A stretch of DNA of 64,000 nt from Anaerohalosphaeraceae bacterium (lineage in GTDB: Bacteria; Planctomycetota; Phycisphaerae; Sedimentisphaerales; Anaerohalosphaeraceae): positions 1 through 64,000 of the forward strand of contig CAXXSL010000002.1 of the NCBI GenBank assembly GCA_963675525.2, given 5' to 3'. Numbering within the stretch: position 1 is the first letter of the stretch; every line of letters begins with the position of its first letter. Position numbers and translations under genes: made by a program. Positions 37,487 to 46,549 of the stretch are shown piece by piece. The notes beneath the pieces are model-generated. The model saw only the letters and a program-made list of their open reading frames with translations. It ran no database searches and was not told the DNA's origin.

Positions 37487-40400
37487 GGATTCGGCTCCTC
37501 TTTTGGGGTGCCTGGGGGTTGGTCATAGGAGACTCCGCCGCCGTAACCGCCCATGCCGCCACCGAAACCTCCTCCCACACCGCGGCCGCTGAAGCCGCCT
37601 CCCATCCCACCGCGTACAGGGATAGATGGAGCTTCCTGTTCTTGTTGTTCGATGATGGTGGGTTTGATGAAGACCAGCAGACGCTGTTTTTGTTTGGAAA
37701 CAGTTTCGCCGTCTTTTTGTTCGGTTGTCAGTTCCGGGCCTTCAATCAGCATTGTTCCTGAGCTTTCAACCATCGCGTAAATCGGAATATTGGCGACCTG
37801 CATCATGGGGATGTCATCCGGCGTTTCAGGGTCATTTTCGAGAATATCGGAATATTGAATGTATCCCCTGAGCAGTACTTCTTTGCCATCGTTTTGAATA
37901 ATCGGCAGGATGTCCAGTGCGACACCCTCGCCGGCATTTTTTTCTTGGCCATCAATGTCAATGTATGGCCAATCCTTGAAAACTCGCATCGTGGCGGATT
38001 CTCCATTCAAGACGCAGACTTTCGGGGCGGTGAGTACTTTGACGTTTCGATACGCTTGTGTGGCTCGAAGCATGGATTTGGTTTGCAGATCGTCCAGCGT
38101 TTGCTTTTTTTGCAAGGGCATTTCTTTTTCCGGCAGCGGTTTTGATTTCAGTGCAGCGAGGATTTCTTCCGAATTAGCCGGGCCGACAACAATGCTCCCA
38201 ACGCTGCCTGCGTTATCATCCAAACTCAAAGAGGCATCTGCTCCAATGTTTTCCATGATACCGTCCGTAACCAACATGATGCGGGTTTCGATGGCGATTT
38301 GATATTTGAACAAATCCTCTCTTAATTTGCTGAAGTAATTTCGTAGTGTCTCATGTACCTGCGGTGTTTGCCAGATAATCAGTTTGCTGTTGGCGTATGA
38401 ATCCATTTTTCCTTCGCCGCCGTTTTCAAACCAGCTTTTCCAGGCAATGGTTTGGATAATTGTCTGTTTTAAAAGTTCGAGCTTTTCGGCCGGGTTTTTT
38501 GTTTGCCCAGGATAACTTAAAATATCTGCGACGTCGTAGATTTCCGTCCGCATTGCGTTGGGATCTGCTGAACCCGGATTTGCCGTATTTTCGTCGCGCT
38601 GTTGGACGATTTCGTCCCAGTTTTTGGGGAATTGGATTGAATCGTCATCCGGGACACTGCTTCCGCGGGCGCTGCTGAAACCACCCATGCTGCCGGCGGC
38701 TGGAGCCGATGGGACCTGGGGCGTTGTCATCTCAATTTTCACATCACTTTTTTTGCCGGGATACAGAGAGACATTTTTGAAGATAACTGTTTGGGTGGGC
38801 ATGGTTTGAAAGTGGAATTTATCAATTTTTCGGAGTGATAAATCAAATTCGGCCTGGCAAATCTGATGTTCGGGAGATTTGTTTTCAGAGCTGCTGAACC
38901 AACGTAAAGACTTTGGCATGTGAACCTGGCCTTGCCTGTCCACTGCCACGAACCGCCATTCCCGGGCATGAGACAACAACGTTGCGGAAATGCTTGTCTT
39001 GCCCCATGTTCCCCTGGGTTTATTGATGATGACCGTTCCTAATTTTGTCTCTACCGGGATTGAATATTCTGGTTTCCAATATGCACTTTTTGTGGCCAGT
39101 GTTTCCCATGGGCCTTGTCCGATTGTCGCAAAGATGTCCACAGCCGGCTGTTCATCGTGCAGTGTAAATGAATAGCCGAAAAGATGGCATAGATTTTGCT
39201 CGCCCTTTTTAACGCAGAAAAATTCGGGCCATGACTCCGGCGGAGAGGAATCGTTATGAATATTGATGCTTATTAACGGAGCTAAATCAGAGTCAGGTGC
39301 TGATTCCAGACCATTTATTCGAAAGACCATTTGCCGGGTTTCTAAGGGTTCTTCATATCTCTTTGTGGTTCCATCCCAAAATACATCTTTAACAGGGCTT
39401 CCATCCGGACTCCACCAATGCCCACCATCTGCCGGTATATAGGCTATTCCCAACAGTTCAACAGTAATGCCATTGGGTAAAGTAGCTTTAAAGTCATTGT
39501 TTATTGCATTCGGTTGATTTTTAATCGATCCAATTTCTATGATGCCGGAGCCTGTATTGGTCACCTCTATACGTTGGTCTACTTTAATCATGGCGTTACC
39601 GATTTGAATTGTGGCGTTGCGATCAAAGTATCCCGTTCCATTGGGGCCAAGCAATATTTTGTTCTCTGTTTTGTCGGTGTTTATTTCAACAATGTCAGAA
39701 CCAATGTTTATTGCTTCTATACGTTTGTCGACGTTAATCATGAGCTGGCCGATTTGAATCGTGGCGTTGCGGTCAAAGTACCCTGTTCCGTTAGGACCCA
39801 GCAAGATCGTGTCATTTTTCGATTGTGCCGGTGCGGTCGCGGGCGGATTTTTTGTGGATTCGATGACAGCCGGCCTGTATCCGGCGATCCAGTTAATTTT
39901 CCATACATTGTCTTCTTTGACAAAATCAATGGTCCATTGTGTATTATCACAGGCTGCCTGTAATTTCAGCGTGCCGTTGTCTGTGAAAGCCTTGAGGGGT
40001 TTAAGTTTCAGGAAATCCTCTTTTTCCCATACAAAGCCCGAATCCAGCGGGTGTGTTGGCTCCATCTGTTTTTCAAACGCCTCGAACCCGCGCCTTTGGT
40101 ATTCACACTTTTGATAGTCTTCGGAAAACAGTTCCCATGCATCGGCATACTGTTTGTTGCGGATGTAGTCCTGAATCATAGTGAGCGTTTTAGAGGTTTC
40201 CTCAAATTGGGATGTTGTAACAGGATGCAATGTTTGCGGGATTTGACGTTTCGGCAGAATCATCCCTCTGTAAGACTGTTGAAAATAACGTTCGGCGAAT
40301 GGCTGTTCGTAATCGTAATTGGCTTCGCTGGCCGGGTTGTAATATTTGACGCGTACATAAGTGTTTTCCGTGACCGGTCCCTGGATTTTATAGATAAACC

Positions 40401-42030
40401 GTACGCGTTTGGTTTCACCGGGCTGAAGTTCTTCGAAGAAGACCGTTCCCCAGCCGATACCGTCCGGGCCGTAATCGGGCGAGCGGGTGTAAATATGTAC
40501 ACCGAGAAGTTGTTCGGTGTCCGACGTGTTTTTCACCGTTGCATAAAGCGTATTGTTTCCCTGTGCAACGGGCTCCAGTTCGGTGTTAATGACTTCGATA
40601 TGGTTTAACGGGCTGGATAAATCGCCGCCGTAATCCTTAAGTTTATCTTTTTTGCTGAATTCGACATGGCCGTCGGCGAAGACGACAGTGGTGCCGTCCT
40701 GTGTGTCCGGCAAGGTTTTGTCATAGGCGACAGGTGTCGTGGCGGTTTCGGCCGGGGTGATGTTTTTTGGGGCGTCTAACAGGACAATATTTTCGGCAAC
40801 CCAATCAAAGGTTTCCTCGTCCATATAGGGTTTGAGGTCTTCAATATCACTGGGAGATTTACCTCCGTTCTCGTCTCTGAACAGGCAGTGAGCCAAACCC
40901 AGCTGTCGCAGGTTGCTCATGCGTTGCACGCGGCTATCGTCTACCGTTTTGTCAGCGGGTTCATTTGGTGTTTGTGCTGTAAATGCGACTGTGGAAATCA
41001 GTGCGATTATCAGTGCGAAAGTGACCACGGTGGGTATCCAGCCGGATTTTGGGTGTTGGGGGGTGCTTTTGTCGACGAGGCGGCTGATGCGGTGCGGCAG
41101 GTATCCGCCGTTTGCGGCGACGGCGAGGTCGTGTTGTTTGGTGCGGATGGCTTCCATGCTGAACAACGCTTTGGCGTATTCTTTGCGATTTTGCAGCAGT
41201 CCGATTGCGATGTCGTCGCAGGCGTTTTCGCGTTCGATGCGAATTTGTGTGGACATCCACCAGACGGCGGGGTGATAGAAGCCGAGAATCTCAATGACGG
41301 TCTGGGCGATATTGACGAGATAATCGCATCGTTTGATATGCGCCAGTTCGTGAGCAATCATGGCCTTGAGCTGGATTTCGTCCAGTCCGGTCAGGGCTGT
41401 GGCGGGCAGTAAAATAACGGGTTTGAGCCAGCCGATGACAGCGGGAACCTGCACCAGCGCCGATTCGGCGATATGGACGGCCCGTTTGACGCCCAGCCGG
41501 GATGCCAGTTCAGATGTTTTTTCGATGACTGCGTCCGAAACGGCTTTTGTGCCAATCCGGCGGAGCCTTTGCAGTTGGCACCAGCCGCCGAGATACCAGA
41601 GGCTCAACGCCGCAACGCCGCCGATCCAGCCGATGACGCAAAAGGGCAGAGCCGCTTCGAGTTTGGCGGTGAAAGTGTCCAGCAGCGATTTTTCGGGTAA
41701 TGCCGGTTCGTCATAAGAGATAACGATGTTTTGTGTTTGGGCAGGCGGCGGAGTGGTTGAAACTGCCGGAATTTGAACAGGTGCGATTTCGCCGGCAGCG
41801 GCGGGGGTGTGATTGTCCAGCATCATAAAAGTCACCACCGGGGCCAGAACCATCAGGCTAAGTCCGATGCAGGCGGTTAGGTAGCGTGTGTTTGATGATG
41901 TTTTGCTAAGTGTCTTCAGTGCGCACCCCATTAAGGCCATGATGACGCAGCCCTGCCAGAGGAAATGTACCAGTACCCAGCCGATGCGCTGGACGGTTTG
42001 TTCGGATAAAAATGCTGTGAGTGTGTCCAT
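37483..42030 (-). CDS. BlaR1/MecR1-type M56 metallopeptidase fused to DUF1559-like, Ig-like, repeat and C-terminal secretin-like domains
   Basis: IGWVLVHFLWQG, PAVIGWLKPVILLP, AHELAHIKRCD (HExxH), ERENACDD; SNLRQLGLA...FADGHV; IYDVAD..LIIWQTPQVH N-domain; VLTAPKVCVLNGESA..LLVFIKPTII. Confidence 0.88.
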   Translation of the reverse strand: MDTLTAFLSEQTVQRIGWVLVHFLWQGCVIMALMGCALKTLSKTSSNTRYLTACIGLSLMVLAPVVTFMMLDNHTPAAAGEIAPVQIPAVSTTPPPAQTQNIVISYDEPALPEKSLLDTFTAKLEAALPFCVIGWIGGVAALSLWYLGGWCQLQRLRRIGTKAVSDAVIEKTSELASRLGVKRAVHIAESALVQVPAVIGWLKPVILLPATALTGLDEIQLKAMIAHELAHIKRCDYLVNIAQTVIEILGFYHPAVWWMSTQIRIERENACDDIAIGLLQNRKEYAKALFSMEAIRTKQHDLAVAANGGYLPHRISRLVDKSTPQHPKSGWIPTVVTFALIIALISTVAFTAQTPNEPADKTVDDSRVQRMSNLRQLGLAHCLFRDENGGKSPSDIEDLKPYMDEETFDWVAENIVLLDAPKNITPAETATTPVAYDKTLPDTQDGTTVVFADGHVEFSKKDKLKDYGGDLSSPLNHIEVINTELEPVAQGNNTLYATVKNTSDTEQLLGVHIYTRSPDYGPDGIGWGTVFFEELQPGETKRVRFIYKIQGPVTENTYVRVKYYNPASEANYDYEQPFAERYFQQSYRGMILPKRQIPQTLHPVTTSQFEETSKTLTMIQDYIRNKQYADAWELFSEDYQKCEYQRRGFEAFEKQMEPTHPLDSGFVWEKEDFLKLKPLKAFTDNGTLKLQAACDNTQWTIDFVKEDNVWKINWIAGYRPAVIESTKNPPATAPAQSKNDTILLGPNGTGYFDRNATIQIGQLMINVDKRIEAINIGSDIVEINTDKTENKILLGPNGTGYFDRNATIQIGNAMIKVDQRIEVTNTGSGIIEIGSIKNQPNAINNDFKATLPNGITVELLGIAYIPADGGHWWSPDGSPVKDVFWDGTTKRYEEPLETRQMVFRINGLESAPDSDLAPLISINIHNDSSPPESWPEFFCVKKGEQNLCHLFGYSFTLHDEQPAVDIFATIGQGPWETLATKSAYWKPEYSIPVETKLGTVIINKPRGTWGKTSISATLLSHAREWRFVAVDRQGQVHMPKSLRWFSSSENKSPEHQICQAEFDLSLRKIDKFHFQTMPTQTVIFKNVSLYPGKKSDVKIEMTTPQVPSAPAAGSMGGFSSARGSSVPDDDSIQFPKNWDEIVQQRDENTANPGSADPNAMRTEIYDVADILSYPGQTKNPAEKLELLKQTIIQTIAWKSWFENGGEGKMDSYANSKLIIWQTPQVHETLRNYFSKLREDLFKYQIAIETRIMLVTDGIMENIGADASLSLDDNAGSVGSIVVGPANSEEILAALKSKPLPEKEMPLQKKQTLDDLQTKSMLRATQAYRNVKVLTAPKVCVLNGESATMRVFKDWPYIDIDGQEKNAGEGVALDILPIIQNDGKEVLLRGYIQYSDILENDPETPDDIPMMQVANIPIYAMVESSGTMLIEGPELTTEQKDGETVSKQKQRLLVFIKPTIIEQQEQEAPSIPVRGGMGGGFSGRGVGGGFGGGMGGYGGGVSYDQPPGTPKEEPNP
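39510..39810 (-). repeat. 150-bp (50-aa) tandem duplication inside the M56 fusion gene
   Basis: ILLGPNGTGYFDRNATIQIG occurs twice, 50 aa apart. Confidence 0.85.
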
Positions 42031-42032
42031 TG

Positions 42033-42413
42033 TTATTCCTCCATCTTATCTAATAATTGGCGGATTTTCTTTAACTCTTCCGGGGAGACCTGTTTGGCTG
42101 ACAGTGCCTGCATGACCAGTTTTCCCGCGGAACCGGCAAACACCTTGTCGAGCATGTTGACAACAATTTGTTTTTGGGTCTTTTCTTCGCTGATAGCGGG
42201 CTTATAGATGTGCTTGAAGGGGGCGTCGTCCCGAATCAGCAGGCCCTTTTCGGTCATGATCTGCATGAATTTCAGCGTGGTGGTATAGCCGGTTTTCTGT
42301 TCTTTGGCGATTTCATCGTTGACCTGGCGGACGGTGGCCGGTCCGCTGGCCCAGAGCACCTTCAGGATTGCCAGTTCTTTTTCGGTGGGGTATTGTTTTT
42401 TTTCCCGTGCCAT
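42033..42413 (-). CDS. BlaI/MecI/CopY family transcriptional repressor
   Basis: PTEKELAILKVLW..GPATVRQV, YTTTL..M.EKGLL, VFAGSAGKLV; directly upstream of the M56 gene. Confidence 0.92.
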   Translation of the reverse strand: MAREKKQYPTEKELAILKVLWASGPATVRQVNDEIAKEQKTGYTTTLKFMQIMTEKGLLIRDDAPFKHIYKPAISEEKTQKQIVVNMLDKVFAGSAGKLVMQALSAKQVSPEELKKIRQLLDKMEE

Positions 42414-42480
42414 TTTATCTCCTTTTAAAAGCCTGTTTCTGTTGTTATGACGGTTTTAAAGCTAAAACGTTACACGAAAT

Positions 42481-42557
42481 TACGAAGAGTTTCGTATAAA
42501 TATAAAAATACGAAGCTCTTCGTAGGTTGTCAATAAAAAACTACGAATTTTTTCGTA
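42481..42557. promoter_or_regulatory. Three palindromic BlaI operators overlapping the blaI promoter
   Basis: TACGAA-N4-TTCGTA at 42481-42496, 42509-42524 and 42542-42557; minus-strand TTGACA (42533-42528), 17 bp, TATTTT (42510-42505). Confidence 0.8.
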
Positions 42558-42677
42558 TTTCTTTAAGGAAGGCGTATTCGGGGTAAGATTTTCTTTCCGG
42601 CGTTGGGTTTTAGTGGTAAAATGCTGTTTATTGGCTTTATTGATAACTTATTGGGGCTGTTTTTAGGGAGTGATTCA

Positions 42678-44390
42678 ATGTTGAACATAATGACGTGTCG
42701 TGGGCGGGGTATTTGTTTTTGTTTGGCCGCGTTCCTAATACTGGCTGTTTCTCCGGCATGGGGGTATGAAGACCGCGGCCGGAATCGCCGGGAAAAGGAA
42801 GAAAATCCCCGCAAAGAACAACTGCGGCAGGAAGCGCAGGAATCGGTTTCCGAAGTGAAAGAACTGCTGACTCAAATTTTGCAAGCGGTCAATAAAAATC
42901 AACCACCCCAGCAGGAGTTGATTTCGCAGGCCGTGACAATGATTGAGGAAAATAAGCATTTTGTGTTGGCTTATGAGGACGACCAGAAGGCCCAATACAT
43001 GCTGCTTCAGGCATGGACGGATTATTATCAAGGCAATCTACTCGATGCGATGAACTGGTCGCTGCGTGCCTGTAAGATGGACGCATCCAACGGTGATGCG
43101 TGGATCAGTCAGGCGGTGTTCTGCCAGTTAAACGGTAAACGTCCACTTGAACCGCGCATTCGAAAACCCGATTCTCACCGGAATCAGGAAAATGGCGGGG
43201 ACCGCCAGCCGCGTCGTCGTCGAGAAAATGAGGCGCCGGATAATGACCGCTATGCGTCTGCGTCTGAGCCGTATGGCCGCAAGGGTACGCTGGATTTTAA
43301 TTTGTCGGCATTACGCAAAGAGATGCTGAAGGAACGATTCGGCCGTATTGAATATCGTGACCCGGCCGGGAAAACGATCGAGTACAAGCCCGGTGGGGAT
43401 ACACTCTGTATTTTTTTCTGGCAGATCGAGCCGATTGCTGCTGACGCCAACGACCTACCCGGCAAGCCGGCAACCGGACGTTTGGTAAATGATAATGAAA
43501 TGATGAATGGCAATATCATTCCATTAAATAACTCGCAGAATTTGAGTCTCAGCAATCAGGGACGGTATTTTGGCGATATTTATGAGGTTATTAAAGACCA
43601 TCCGCAAATTACCTGTTTCTCGCTGAACACCAATGGCCGCCAGGATGCTGAACAAGTAGCCACAGGCATGGACGAAACGGTTGCTCTTGAAATGATGCGC
43701 ACACCGGGGGTTTATGCGTCCGACCCGGCATCTGGTGCAGGTTCGTACGTGGGACTGGAGGCCCAAGTTCCGTTTGTGCTGATTGCGGACAAAGAAGGTA
43801 TTGTCCGGTATGCCGGTCCGGCGGCAGATTTTATGCCGGCGTTTGTCCTGACACACCTCACAGGCGTCGAGATTTCCCTGAATGCGTCAGAGCAATCTCA
43901 AGCCCAAAGTCCTGTTCGCGAGATGAGAGAGGATTTTGGAGAGATGAATGAACTGCTGCTTCGCAGGGTGATTCCAGAAAGAAATCCCAACAAGCCGACG
44001 ATGGACCCCAATGTTCCCATCGCAGATCCGAACGTGCTGGTTTCAAAGCCGAAGGTCGCCCAGCCGGTTGTTGCCAAGCCCAAGCCGGCTGTCGAGACCA
44101 AACCGGCCGCTGCCAAGCCGAAACCGGCACCGGAAGAAACCGTCCAGTATCGCCAGCTGCCGTTGGAAGAAGATGTTCAGGCTCAAAAGGAATTAGTGGG
44201 CGCCGATACCTTTATGCAACTGGCAAAGAAACGCGGCCTGACTTATAAGCGCGGCGTGGACATGTGCCGGGCGATCATCAAAAAGTATCCCGGGACCCAA
44301 TATGAACACGAGGCCCGGGAGTTACTAAAACAGGTTCCGGAGCATAAGCGCGGCACCTATAACATTACCGATGAAGAATTAGGACTGTAA
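42678..44390 (+). CDS. Exported hypothetical protein (helical/TPR-like N-terminus, thioredoxin-like middle, Pro/Lys linker)
   Basis: AGGGAG RBS, signal peptide ending AWG; VPFVLIADKEGIVRYAG; IIKKYPGT TPR-like end. Confidence 0.65.
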   Translation: MLNIMTCRGRGICFCLAAFLILAVSPAWGYEDRGRNRREKEENPRKEQLRQEAQESVSEVKELLTQILQAVNKNQPPQQELISQAVTMIEENKHFVLAYEDDQKAQYMLLQAWTDYYQGNLLDAMNWSLRACKMDASNGDAWISQAVFCQLNGKRPLEPRIRKPDSHRNQENGGDRQPRRRRENEAPDNDRYASASEPYGRKGTLDFNLSALRKEMLKERFGRIEYRDPAGKTIEYKPGGDTLCIFFWQIEPIAADANDLPGKPATGRLVNDNEMMNGNIIPLNNSQNLSLSNQGRYFGDIYEVIKDHPQITCFSLNTNGRQDAEQVATGMDETVALEMMRTPGVYASDPASGAGSYVGLEAQVPFVLIADKEGIVRYAGPAADFMPAFVLTHLTGVEISLNASEQSQAQSPVREMREDFGEMNELLLRRVIPERNPNKPTMDPNVPIADPNVLVSKPKVAQPVVAKPKPAVETKPAAAKPKPAPEETVQYRQLPLEEDVQAQKELVGADTFMQLAKKRGLTYKRGVDMCRAIIKKYPGTQYEHEARELLKQVPEHKRGTYNITDEELGL

Positions 44391-44413
44391 ATTTTCAACA
44401 CGGAGGAAAAGAC

Positions 44414-45301
44414 ATGGAATTATCATTGACGGTTGCGGATGTGCCGACGATTAATGTAACGGCCGAATGTTTGCCCGAGGCATGGGAAAAAGCGGTCATT
44501 GCCGTCTGGCGACAGGGACTTACGATCAAGACCCAGTACGATAAACCCGACGATCCGCCCAGCAAGGACGCGACGGTGATGATCACGGTGGCCAATCCGT
44601 TCAATGAGCCGCGAATCCACAAGAATTTCCCCGGGGGCCCGGAAGAACTGGAGGCCTATCGTCAGGAAGTGGTGGGAGGTATCCATGACCACTGGATCGA
44701 TCCGGCGGCAGGCAAATGGACGTATACCTATCATGAGCGGGTGTTCGCCTATTCGCCCGTCGAAGATCTGCGAAATCCCAACAGTCCCAAGCCGTTTATC
44801 CCGGTCGATCAAATTCAATATATCATTGATTCGCTTTCGGCATGCAGTCATACCCGCCGGGCTCAGGCGATTACGTGGATGCCGAGTTGTGACCCGAAGA
44901 CCGAAGACCCGCCGTGTCTGCAGCGCATCTGGTGCCGGCTGGTACAGGACGAAGCAGGGTGTGTGCTGAACATGAACACGCACTGGCGCAGCCGGGATCT
45001 GTACAAGGCGTGGTTTATGAATGCGTATGCATTGACGGATCTGCAGAAGATGATTGCGGAGAAGATTTCACTGAACATCGAGGCACCCGTCAGAGTAGGA
45101 CGGTATGTGGACATCAGTGATTCGCTCCATATTTACGGGTCGTATTTTGACAATGCGGAAATCGAGATCGCCAAAATGGAAAGTACGCCGTTTACAGATC
45201 GTGCCTGGGAATCGTCGCATCCGGCGTTTGATATGATGACGACTGAGGCCCGTGAAAAACTGGCACAGGACCCGGACTGGTATGCGAAGGCCAGGGGCTA
45301 A
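44414..45301 (+). CDS. thyA: Thymidylate synthase, short archaeal-type ThyA-like
   Basis: YTYHER, TRRAQAITW, DPPCLQ (catalytic Cys), WRSRD, WFMN, SLHIY. Confidence 0.75.
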   Translation: MELSLTVADVPTINVTAECLPEAWEKAVIAVWRQGLTIKTQYDKPDDPPSKDATVMITVANPFNEPRIHKNFPGGPEELEAYRQEVVGGIHDHWIDPAAGKWTYTYHERVFAYSPVEDLRNPNSPKPFIPVDQIQYIIDSLSACSHTRRAQAITWMPSCDPKTEDPPCLQRIWCRLVQDEAGCVLNMNTHWRSRDLYKAWFMNAYALTDLQKMIAEKISLNIEAPVRVGRYVDISDSLHIYGSYFDNAEIEIAKMESTPFTDRAWESSHPAFDMMTTEAREKLAQDPDWYAKARG

Positions 45302-45308
45302 AAACAAA

Positions 45309-46547
45309 ATGTTAAACATCAAATATCGAATATATAAGGCAATAACAATATGCCTGGTGTCGGGTCTTTTGCTCTATGGTTTCGGCTGTTCGGCGGAGAC
45401 GTTTTATTATCGTATGGCCGCACCGCCGGAGGGAGAAGGGGGCATTTCATTTTATCGCGGGCCGGCATCGGACGTGATGCTGGTTAATCTGCCGGAAGCG
45501 GAAGTTCGCAATGTGATCGTCTGTATCGGCGACGGCATGGGGTTTAATCATGTGGCCCTGACGCGCCACTCTGCCGGACCAGCCGCCAAACTCTGGATGG
45601 AATTGTGCCCTGTCAAAGGCCAGGTCACGACCTATTCGGCCAACAAGGATGTGACGGATTCGGCGGCGGCGGGCACGGCGATGGCCTGCGGGATTAAAAC
45701 CGACAACGGCGTGATCGGAATGACACCGGATGGAACGGAATACAGCAGCGTGCTGGAACTGCTGGCGATGAAAGGATGGCGCACGGGACTGGTGGCCACG
45801 TCCCAGATCAGTCATGCGACGCCTGCGTCGTTTGCATCGCACGTGGATTCGCGCGGCGAGCAGAAAGAAATTGCGGTTCAGCTATTTGAGAATCGGGTGG
45901 CTGTTCTTTTGGGCGGCGGACGGAAATACTGGAAGGACCAGACACTTGCCCAAGCGGCCGCTGACGGCTATCAAGTGATTGACACGCGCCAGCAGATGGC
46001 GGCACTGAAGACCGGGCCGGTGATTGGCCTGTTCGCCGATGAGGGAATGACGACGTTTGAGCCGGAGCCGATGCTGGCGGAAATGTCACAAACGGCAATT
46101 CGCTTGTTAAGTTCTCCGGGCAAGGAATGGTTTGCTCCGAAGCCGAAGTTCTTTTTGATGATCGAAGGCAGCCAGATCGACTGGGCGGCGCACGCCAATG
46201 ATACCGACCGTGTCGTTCGCCAGACGTTGCTGTTTGATATGGCGGTGCATGAGGCGCTCGAGTTTGCGCGGCGCGACGGGCATACGCTGGTACTGGTGAC
46301 GGCCGACCACGAAACCGGCGGCCTGTCGTTCAGTGTTGACTCCGATACAGGCGAGTTCAAATCCCAATGGTCAACCGGAAAGCACACGGCGGCGAATGTA
46401 CCGATCTTTGCTTTCGGCCCGGGTGCGGAAAAGTTCGCCGGGACGATGGACAACACCGCCATTCCGAAACGCATTGCTGAATTGACGGGCATCAATGAGT
46501 TTCCGGTTGTGAAAGATTCGGTCGAACAAAAAGCAACTGCAAAATAG
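45309..46547 (+). CDS. Alkaline phosphatase (PhoA family), probably a lipoprotein
   Basis: IGDGMG, TDSAAAGTA, HATPA, IEGSQIDWAAH, TADHETGG, HT. Confidence 0.9.
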   Translation: MLNIKYRIYKAITICLVSGLLLYGFGCSAETFYYRMAAPPEGEGGISFYRGPASDVMLVNLPEAEVRNVIVCIGDGMGFNHVALTRHSAGPAAKLWMELCPVKGQVTTYSANKDVTDSAAAGTAMACGIKTDNGVIGMTPDGTEYSSVLELLAMKGWRTGLVATSQISHATPASFASHVDSRGEQKEIAVQLFENRVAVLLGGGRKYWKDQTLAQAAADGYQVIDTRQQMAALKTGPVIGLFADEGMTTFEPEPMLAEMSQTAIRLLSSPGKEWFAPKPKFFLMIEGSQIDWAAHANDTDRVVRQTLLFDMAVHEALEFARRDGHTLVLVTADHETGGLSFSVDSDTGEFKSQWSTGKHTAANVPIFAFGPGAEKFAGTMDNTAIPKRIAELTGINEFPVVKDSVEQKATAK

Positions 46548-46549
46548 CG

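Noticed and set aside
29502..42030. Polymorphic toxin/immunity reading of the alternating gene array
   Set aside because: The C-termini are conserved rather than variable, no toxin motif is seen, and the partner genes are paralogous to each other
42481..42557. Repeats considered as a mini-CRISPR
   Set aside because: 16-bp palindromes with 12-17 bp gaps over a promoter and no cas genes; these fit operators
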